From contig NIVC01003678.1 of assembly GCA_002269645.1 (NCBI GenBank), positions 1-64,000 on the forward strand: 64,000 nt of DNA. Reading direction: 5' to 3'. The DNA comes from Macrostomum lignano (taxonomy: Eukaryota). Positions 56,071-64,000 of the stretch are shown here, piece after piece. The notes under the pieces were generated by a model, which saw nothing but the letters and a program-made list of their open reading frames with translations, searched no databases and was not told where the DNA came from. Every line of letters begins with the position of its first letter. Position 1 is the first letter of the stretch. A program made the position numbers and the translations under genes.

Positions 56071-56688
56071 ATCCTAAGTTATTTAGACTGGCTAATCAAA
56101 CTATGTGGAGCCATTTCCTCTGCTGTCTAGCTGTCTTGTGGCTTGAAGAATCAAAGATTCCATAATTTAGCTTGAGATTGTTTAGATGAATCTCTGAATC
56201 CTAGCTTTCGTTGGATAGATTTAGAAAATTAAAAAACGCGAAATGAATTTATTTATATCCAATCATGTTTATGGATTTAGAAACGTTTCTTCCAGACAAT
56301 TGTTAGAAAGGAAATCTAAATCTAAGACTATTTTAAAGACGGTACAATGTTTTTTCGTTTAGGCCTGCTTCGGTAACAACGAGTGCGGTACGAATCTTGC
56401 TTTTAGTACTGTACAGCTGTATCTCGGGCTCGAAATTTAAAAGTCCGCCTTTATAGCTACTGATTTGTTTTAACAAATAATCAAAACAAAGAGTAGCATA
56501 ATTTAAAAGTATTTCTAGTGCGTTTGGTTTAAATATTTTTATACAGTTTTTAAATTTGATACATACCAGGAACATACCTTTAAATAATAAACAAGATTTC
56601 TTGAAAAAGAGTTTGATTTTCATTGAGTCTGAAAAATCACTAAATTGTTTCATTCAATAGCCGAATATGATCGAGCAATACAATAAAT

Positions 56689-56856
56689 ATGCCACTTCGA
56701 GAGCCAACACCTGAGCAGGAGGCGAGGATTTTTAAGCTTTTTAAGAAGCTAGACGTAACAAATGATGGAAAAATCAGTACCAGCGATTTGAAAATAGCTC
56801 TACAACAGCTAAAAATTCCAACTTTTCCTGGACAAAAGGATGAACAATTTGCTGAG
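56689..56856 (+). CDS. First coding exon with EF-hand, probably a Ca2+-binding mitochondrial carrier (SCaMC/SLC25A23-25 type)
   Basis: MPLREPTPEQEARIFKLFKKLDVTNDGKISTSDLKIALQQLKIP contains a canonical EF loop DVTNDGKISTSD. GAG|GTAACC donor. No downstream exons found in the window, so the family call is tentative. Confidence 0.6.
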
Positions 56857-57666
56857 GTAACCAAGCTTAAATGTTTATCTTGATAATCTTGAAACATTAG
56901 TAGTTACTGTAAAAGCTGCTTATTGACTTTTCTGGCTAGCAGTTGTGGCATTTATGACTAAAGACAAAGTTGTAAAACTGTTTTATGTATTAGGCCTTAG
57001 GAAGTTAGGGTTAGGATCTTCTCTGGTCTGGTATAGCATAGGGGCATTTAACTCATAATAGGTCACCTAAAATATATAATCTATATATGCCTTGCATGAA
57101 ATATGCTTTTAGACACATTTTTTTCAGGGTATAATTGAATGAATTCGTGTCAATTAGATAATAGTTTTTAATAAATTAAATTTAATAAATAAATTAAAAA
57201 TAATTAATATTCTAAATAACACTTTAGGCCTACCATAATTAATGATAAAATTTTAGTCAATATTTTTTGATAATTTTTAATGAGCTTAAAACATTAAGTT
57301 TTAAATTAGAAAAAGGCTAAAAATTAACAAAATTAATCTATTATTTTAAATTTTAACTAAATCTCATAAATGCAATTTTTACTAGATTTTTAGCACTATT
57401 GCATATTATTAGTGCTCTATACTATATATATACACTTGTATGTCAATAAACAAATTGTGTAAGACTTGGCAACACAAATTTTTATTTTAGCTTCATGCAT
57501 TATGCATATGTTAAAATATTTTCCCACTCATGCGTATCACTTTCCTGAGTGTGGACAGATAGAAAGGTAATAGACAAAATAAATGTTTAATATCTATTTT
57601 TATCTTAGACCTATTTTATATGTTTATCAGTATTCTTATCTTTATATTTGACATGCCTATCAAGGG

Positions 57667-59729
57667 CCATAGTCAGGAAGGTGGCCTCTGAGTAGGGGGC
57701 GACCGGGACGGCCAAAGTCGGGCCCGGGTCGGGCCCGGGAATGAGGACTCGGGCCCGGGTCGGGCCTCGGGAATTCGGGACAAGATCTTTAAGACAGCTC
57801 AATAATTGGAAAAAAATCATAATAAATCTTAATACTTTTAGCATATGCGGATTACTATTAAATATATAATAAATATATTAATATATTAAATCTAATATAA
57901 TATTAAATGTATAATAAATATATGATAAACATTAAATATATTATAATATATAAATATATTAAATATATAATAATATATAAATATAATATATTATATTAAA
58001 TATATAATAAATATTATTTTTATTTAATACATTAGTTAAGACTTCAGAATAGATAAGAGTTACATTAAAAGACTTAATACTCAAATATCAATATACTCAA
58101 TAGTTCAAATTCAATGTCACTGTGTGGCACAAGTACTGTGTGTGTGCCAGTGACAGTGACACTAACACTTAACAGGCAGTGAGGTAGGCAAGCAGGCACT
58201 GCGGTAGTGCAGCTGGCACTGGCAGTGGCAGTAAGCAAAAAGAAGAAAAGCTGAAGCATTAAGTGTAAGGCACTTGGCATTGGAAGCAGTAAGGAAGTAA
58301 GAACCAAATCAATTGATTGATTCTTTTATTTGAATTTTTAGTTTCTTTACATAGCTTCAATGTAAAGAGCCATGTACACAGTCAGTATTCAGTAAGACAA
58401 CAAGACAAGACAACAGAACAGAACACAAGTGAAGTGACAACACAACACAACACTCAACTGTCTCAACAGAACAGGCAAACAGACAATGGAAATACAAGTA
58501 ATTAGCTGATACCTGCCTACCTGCTCACCTACCTACCTAAACGAATATGATTACGAATACGATACTGAGTCTACAACTACAACTACCTACGAATACAATA
58601 CAAATATGAACACGATTACAAACTCTGATAGATAGCAAACTTCTTGGAAAAATGGTAGCCTTGGCCCTTAATAGGTACTTCTTGGAACGTAAATAGGAAA
58701 TGTTATTTACAAAAGCTTAAAAATGACAAATCAACTTTTTAAAGAATCATATTTTTGCTTTTAGGCTGCAGCCTGCAGCGTGTAAAGTGGAATCAATATT
58801 GCATCAACTATGTTTTAATTTTATCTTCCTGGAAAAAATCCGATCTTCCTGGAAAGTGGAAACTGGCTGTGGCTGACGCTCACGGTCACAGACACTCACG
58901 CTTAGAGCCTACTACGAATCAATGATATTGCTACTTCACATCATATCATCTATTACTATTACTGCAGTCGTGCAGTGCTTGAGTCTTGAGTGCTGATGCA
59001 ATGCTTAACTGAGTGTTGTGCTGTGCTGTGAATAAAAATAATTTTATTCTTATTTGCACGCAGTTAGTGCCTTTAGGGAAAAAAGACTTGTCCCGATTTC
59101 CCGACTTTTTTAGGGTCGGGCCCGGGCCCGGGTCGGGCCACGATTTTGGTCGGGATTCCCGACTTTTCGGGCCCGGGCCCGGGACTGGGTCGCCCCCTAC
59201 CTCTGAGGGGGAAAATTCCTGCGCACACAAAGGGTCTCGGCGCACATTGGCGCACAAGTGTGGGGCACACAAGGGGTCCTTGGTGCACTTGGCGCACAAT
59301 CATAGCGCACACTGAGGTCCCTAGCGCATGTGGCACATAATTGCGGCACATAAGGTCCCTGACATGCATGAAAATTGTAATGCAAATTAACAATTTTACG
59401 TAAAATAAAGGAGATTTGTATAGTCTAGAAAATCAGTGATAAACTTTTTGTTTCTTTAAAATTAACAGTAAATAAAATTAGTATAAATTATCGCTAAAGA
59501 TGTAAATTTTGCATTATTCTATTTATAGGTATAATTTAAGTTTGTTTAAAATGAAAATATGCGTAAAATTTTAAAAAGGCTTTTCATACAAAGGCCTTTC
59601 TTAGAAAACTACTCGTGACGAGTGGCGCACAGATGGCGCACAGACAGCACACAAATGGCACATAGATGGCACATAAATCGTCCCAAAAAAATTATTCCAG
59701 CTCATACTGTGCCACCTTCCTGACTATGG
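57667..59729. mobile_element. Non-autonomous DNA transposon (~548 bp once the nested element is removed)
   Basis: 19-bp TIR CCATAGTCAGGAAGGTGGC. 8-bp TSD ATCAAGGG/AACAAGGG (7/8). Internal TGGCGCACA motifs. Confidence 0.75.
57693..59199. mobile_element. Non-autonomous hAT element (1507 bp) nested in the previous element
   Basis: 12-bp TIR TAGGGGGCGACC. Perfect 8-bp TSD CCTCTGAG (57685-57692, 59200-59207). Subterminal GGGCCCGGG/GTCGGG repeats at both ends. Confidence 0.85.
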
Positions 59730-59893
59730 AACAAGGGTTTTTCTTTGTCTAACTAGGCTTTATAAAAAAAAGTAAGGTCCTATCTTACTCTGTAGTAAAT
59801 TTTCTACCTAAGGCAATTTTTTGCTTTAGTTTAGAAGGTCATATTTCTAAATGGTCATATAAATAAAGCTTAAGATCAACATTTATGGCGAAA

Positions 59894-59931
59894 ACCAACG
59901 CGTTTCAACCCATTAGGGCCGTCCTCAGGGT
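59894..59931 (-). ncRNA. Second minimal hammerhead ribozyme copy (inverted arm)
   Basis: Reverse complement of the + copy, with stem II loop TAAT instead of TAGT. Confidence 0.7.
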
Positions 59932-59954
59932 ATATTTTATCACTGAACAAAACT

Positions 59955-60170
59955 TTTCAGGCAGAGACTCAGTCTTAAAGTTGAATTGTCCAGCCGCTGG
60001 TTGGGACTGTATGGCGTGAGAATGAAGGCTCGCTGCTCGGGCTAGTTGAGGCAACCGATCCCTGCGAGATGGATGTTCACAAAGCCGAGCTTAGAGAATG
60101 ATCGGCCGCCTTTCTCTTCCTTTCTAACTGAGACGCAAATTGTTCCAGCTGGTAGGCGGCAGCTGAACTG
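59955..60170 (-). pseudogene. 216-bp duplicated fragment of the FAM102-like exon (source 55577-55792)
   Basis: 213/216 identical. All three changes are G>A on + (two at CpG); one creates Gln>TAG. Confidence 0.95.
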
Positions 60171-60200
60171 ACGTATCACTTTCGTTCAGTGATAAAATAT

Positions 60201-60238
60201 ACCCTGAGGACGGCCCTAGTGGGTTGAAACGCGTTGGT
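60201..60238 (+). ncRNA. Minimal type I hammerhead ribozyme (PLE pLTR type)
   Basis: ACC-CTGAGGA-C-GGCCC-TAGT-GGGTT-GAAA-CGCG-TT-GGT: CUGANGA and GAAA core, stem II hairpin, palindromic ACGCGT stem III, predicted GUU site at 60233-60235. Confidence 0.75.
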
Positions 60239-60629
60239 TTTCGCCATAAATGTTGATTTTAAGCTTTATTTATTTGCTATTAATTAAGCAAGCAACTCTA
60301 CCACAAATGGTCATATATTCTTTAAATCTCTAAGGTAAAAACTTTAATAAGCCAAAAAAATAAAAAAACAGTGAAATAACTAATAAAAATAAGTGTTTTT
60401 TCTTTAACAAACAAAAATTCTGTATAAAATAAAATGCAAAGAATATAAAAACTATATATAAGTTATTAAAATATATCTAAATATCTAAAACTATGTATGA
60501 AATGTAGCCATGTATGCAATGTTTTTCATATGCTTTCTTTGATTGTTCTTTTTAATTTTTTCATAAATTTTTGACTCCTTTTTTGACAATTTATCCAATT
60601 ATTGTGGATGTTAATAGATCGGGTCCATG

Positions 60630-60900
60630 AGACTTGCCCGCAGGCGAACTGCCCGCCGAGATTTGCCCGCAGGAGATTTGCCCGTCGAGATTTGCCCGCC
60701 GAGGTTTGCCCGCAGAGATTTGCCCGCAGTGCATTCTGCCCGCAGGAGATTTGCCCGTCGAGATTTGCCCGTCGAGATTTGCCCGTCGAGATTTGCCTGT
60801 CGAGATTTTCCCGCAGAGATTTTCCCGTCGAGATTTTCCCGTCGAGATTTTCCCGTCGAGATTTGCCCGCAGAGATTTGCCCGCAGAGATTTTCCCGCAA
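60630..60900. repeat. 13-15-bp repeat array (GAGATTTGCCCGTC/GCA)n, possibly subterminal repeats of the MULE element
   Basis: Direct reading. The link to the MULE element is inferred from proximity only. Confidence 0.8.
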
Positions 60901-61997
60901 TGCAGTTTTAATCTTGCAAAAATCGACTTATACTTATCGAAATTATTTACCTGCCAGATTTCAACCGTGTGAATCTGAAACTTTTACTGCCGCAAATGCA
61001 TAAGATATTTCTTTGGCATTCCGCAGACACCTCAAATTTCCTTTCTGCTAAATTACTGTAGCCTGTTCTATAATCTTTTGTAGCAGCAATTTTTTGCTGG
61101 TGGAGCAGCTCACATAGCTTGTCGCATATTTTAATAAGGTAATGACTTTATTTTTCCCTTGACAGAACCGCACAATACAATAGCTATTTTTGTACATTCA
61201 CTTGGCAAAAAGTAGAACAAGGTATTTAAGCGTCGCAAGTCAAAAGATGGTGAGGCTGTAGGTATCATTGGCATTAATTGCGAATTAACAGGTTCAACAG
61301 CGATTGTACAATCACTATGCATGCATAATACAAGCGAAAATGAATTGCAGTAGGTAAATTAGCAATTTTCACTCTACTTAGCTCACACATTAACGGAATT
61401 TAGCACCCCTAAGGAGCAAATCTTCCGATGTGCAGCGCCAGCACATCCATTTGATCCTTCCCTATTCATTCCCTTTCAATCAAGTCCTTGGGTTCAATTA
61501 CTTAAAACAACTTTGTACTCTACTGCATTTTTCACTTTGCATTCGCTTAACGATAACTTTTGATTGAGCAATAATGAAAACAATATGAAAATGATTGACC
61601 AATTGTTAACATTTACTGTGCATCGCAAGACAGGAACAGGTGGATGACGGAGTACATGGCAACAAAAGCATTCAGTGATACAGTTACAATGGCAACCTAC
61701 AAGAGGAAGGGAAGGGAATGGGGAGGAGGGGTGAGTTGTTATGTAGGCAGAAGACTGTGGGTTCACTGAACTTCTCTGACCTAACCAAATTTCAGAAACT
61801 AGAAGCAACCGCAGTGCTAAATACGAGGGTTTAAAGTGCACAAAGTGAATGCCTTTGCGAATCCCATGGAAGCGGGAACTATTACAGTATTATATAGGCC
61901 ACAATGAAACTAGAGCACAGAATATTAAATTTATTGCTTCTTAGTGTAGTGCAGCAAGAAACCAAAATTGTAAGGATAGCTACCGTTGTCAATCAGA

Positions 61998-63437
61998 TCA
62001 CTTCTTCAAATGGTGAGCGATGCCCCTCAGGTAGGAACGCAAAGGAAAGTCAGCAGGCAGACCGCCACCTTCGACGTTCCAACGCTGCGTGACGCGAAGA
62101 AGCATCGCGTTGCTCTGCACGTATCTCTTCCGCTCCTTCGGTGCTTCACTAGCGTTGGCTCGCTGCATCAGCAGTGCCTGGTGTTCGACTTCCTTTTTGA
62201 GGTCCTTCATGAGCCGAAAAACATTCGGATTGCTGCAACCCAGAATTGACTGGAACCTCCTATGCCAGGCTTCAACTGCGTTGTTCGTGCGATGAAGTCC
62301 ATTCAAAGTTCGCTCACGAACATTCCAAATTGAAGGTGAGAATCGAGGCTGCCGTCTTCCTCCGCCAGGAAGTCGATGGCCGACCCACTGGGCTTCAAAA
62401 TAGTCTGCTGTTGAAGCCATCTCCGCAGGAAAGTCAGGCAGCATTATTAACTCATCAAATGCTGCTGGAACACTATTAATAGGCACAAAGGCCAAAGCAG
62501 AAAGGCAACGCAGCCAGACGGACATCTCGCCATCTTCTTCAATCTGACGCTTTAATCCCTCAGCAACTGCTCTTCTGTACACGCACTGAACGAGGTGAAA
62601 TAGACAGCCTGTTGACTCGATGCCAAAGACATGCTGAACAGCATTCATGTTAGCTCGCTCAAAATCTGACATCCAGCGAAGTGGCCTCATGTTCGGCGCC
62701 AATTGATGCAGAGCCTCGTAAAATCGACAGTACGTTGCTTCGGTCTTGTTGGGTAGCAATGCGTAGATGAGTGGTCTTATGAAGCCTTGAAGTTCGGCAT
62801 GCACTGTCACCAGTTGAGCGAACAGTGGCGGCGAGGCATCGAATGTGCCGTCCGAGAAGAAATCTGTCGCCAATTGCAGGGCTTGAATGTTATCCTCGCT
62901 ACCGAAGATTAAAATTCGATTGTTGTCCTGTCCGGAGTCATGCAGCAGAAACAGTGCTCCGTTGTTGAATTGAAATTCTTCAGGTATAATGAGCTCGGCT
63001 CGATTGAGCGGCTGTACTGGAAGACCTTGGTGCGTTTGACGAACATCTTGAACTTGCCGCTTTAATGCGCTTTGAGATGGAAGGGCTATGCCTGCACACT
63101 CAGACAGCCCATTTGTGTGTTCCATGACGATATTTGCCGTCGAATTCACGGTGTTCCTGGCATCCGATTTAATCTCCCGAAGAGCCTCAAGAACTTGGAA
63201 TCGAGAGCCGTCAGGTCCGTGATTGTGGTCATTCAGCTGTCGCACTTTAAAGCCATTCCGGATGTGGATTCGAGCAGGACATGATCCCAAGCGCCGTTCT
63301 TCACACTGCCAAAATGACACCTCTTCGTCGACCAGGCTAGTTCTTTCAAGTGTAAAGTAGTAGCCTTCGCAGGCTGCTTTGCGCTTCCCACGAATTGTTG
63401 CACTAAAGCGCACAGCGATGGGAGGAGCTGCTTCCAT
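61998..63437 (-). CDS. Mutator-like (MULE) DDE transposase with N-terminal FLYWCH domain, 479 aa, uninterrupted
   Basis: FLYWCH: GYYF..FWQC..CPARI..HNH. MULE core: SDGTF, MSDFE, CLFH (CxxH), RTNNAVEAWH. No matching TIR pair found inside the window. Confidence 0.92.
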   Translation of the reverse strand: MEAAPPIAVRFSATIRGKRKAACEGYYFTLERTSLVDEEVSFWQCEERRLGSCPARIHIRNGFKVRQLNDHNHGPDGSRFQVLEALREIKSDARNTVNSTANIVMEHTNGLSECAGIALPSQSALKRQVQDVRQTHQGLPVQPLNRAELIIPEEFQFNNGALFLLHDSGQDNNRILIFGSEDNIQALQLATDFFSDGTFDASPPLFAQLVTVHAELQGFIRPLIYALLPNKTEATYCRFYEALHQLAPNMRPLRWMSDFERANMNAVQHVFGIESTGCLFHLVQCVYRRAVAEGLKRQIEEDGEMSVWLRCLSALAFVPINSVPAAFDELIMLPDFPAEMASTADYFEAQWVGHRLPGGGRRQPRFSPSIWNVRERTLNGLHRTNNAVEAWHRRFQSILGCSNPNVFRLMKDLKKEVEHQALLMQRANASEAPKERKRYVQSNAMLLRVTQRWNVEGGGLPADFPLRSYLRGIAHHLKK

Positions 63438-64000
63438 GTGGTCTGCTTGTTATTAACGTTGTCTTGAAATTCACTTTATATATGTAGAGTTGTCGCAGTC
63501 TAACTTGACCAGACTAAAGTTGAATACACTAAGCAGTAAGGAAGGGCAGTGTATTTATATATTATAGGAGATAACAGGGGGTTGAGAGAAAGGAGGGGTG
63601 GGCAAAGAGAGGGGTTGGGTTAGGAGGCGCGATCAAAGGAATGAGGGGCACGCAAGACAAGAAGGAGGCTAAAGGGGTGGGGTGCCTGCAGCCAATCAGA
63701 AAGAGAAGAGAGAATGAGAGACCCAGACCCAGACCCAGAGAGAATGAAATCCAGACAGATTTTATGGACATTTTATCGAAGACTGGGAATTGAGATATAG
63801 GGGTCCAGGATAGAATTAGCGAGAAAGAATCACATCAGACTTTGTTTACACTGCTTTCTGGATCTTTAGCGAGGAGTTAATAAGCAGGTCTTTAAATTTC
63901 ATTAAATTTGTTATATAGATAAGCCAGCTGCCCGTCGCCACATGCACAAGGCGATGTTTTTAGAAAATGCTCTGCATACTCATACTCTATGTAAGGGCCA

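Larger units (their letters stand above)
59861..60304. mobile_element. Penelope-like element remnant: inverted pLTR arms around a captured host fragment
   Basis: 92-bp inverted arms 59861-59952 and 60180-60271 (3 mismatches), each with a hammerhead motif. 12-bp TSD AAATGGTCATAT at 59849-59860 and 60305-60316. Confidence 0.8.

Overview
Eukaryotic (metazoan) genomic DNA, very rich in micro- and minisatellites. It is most likely from the flatworm Macrostomum lignano, because 54172-54215 matches its spliced-leader (SL) sequence as I recall it. Host genes: a complete 6-exon C16orf89/UPF0764-like gene (-), a PHD+CXXC CFP1/CXXC1-like gene (-), an orphan spliced membrane-protein gene (+), a frameshifted FAM102/EEIG NT-C2 gene (-), and the first EF-hand exon of a probable SCaMC/SLC25 carrier (+). 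Mobile elements: a solo LTR, a P-like non-autonomous element, hAT-type MITEs (one nested), three RTE-like non-LTR copies, a tRNA/CORE SINE and an intact MULE transposase. Main discovery candidate: the 3' half of a Gypsy LTR retrotransposon (about 50320-54702). It carries an extra ORF with an intact J-domain (HPD) between integrase and the PPT. Its LTR hard-codes the host SL exon about 28 nt downstream of a TATA-like box. The SL's terminal ATG opens a short reading frame ending at a GTAAG donor that would splice in frame to an acceptor just before the J-domain. Second candidate: a TSD-flanked Penelope-type inverted pLTR pair, each arm with a minimal hammerhead ribozyme, enclosing a 216-bp copy of the neighbouring FAM102-like exon. 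All calls were made by eye; no database searches were run.
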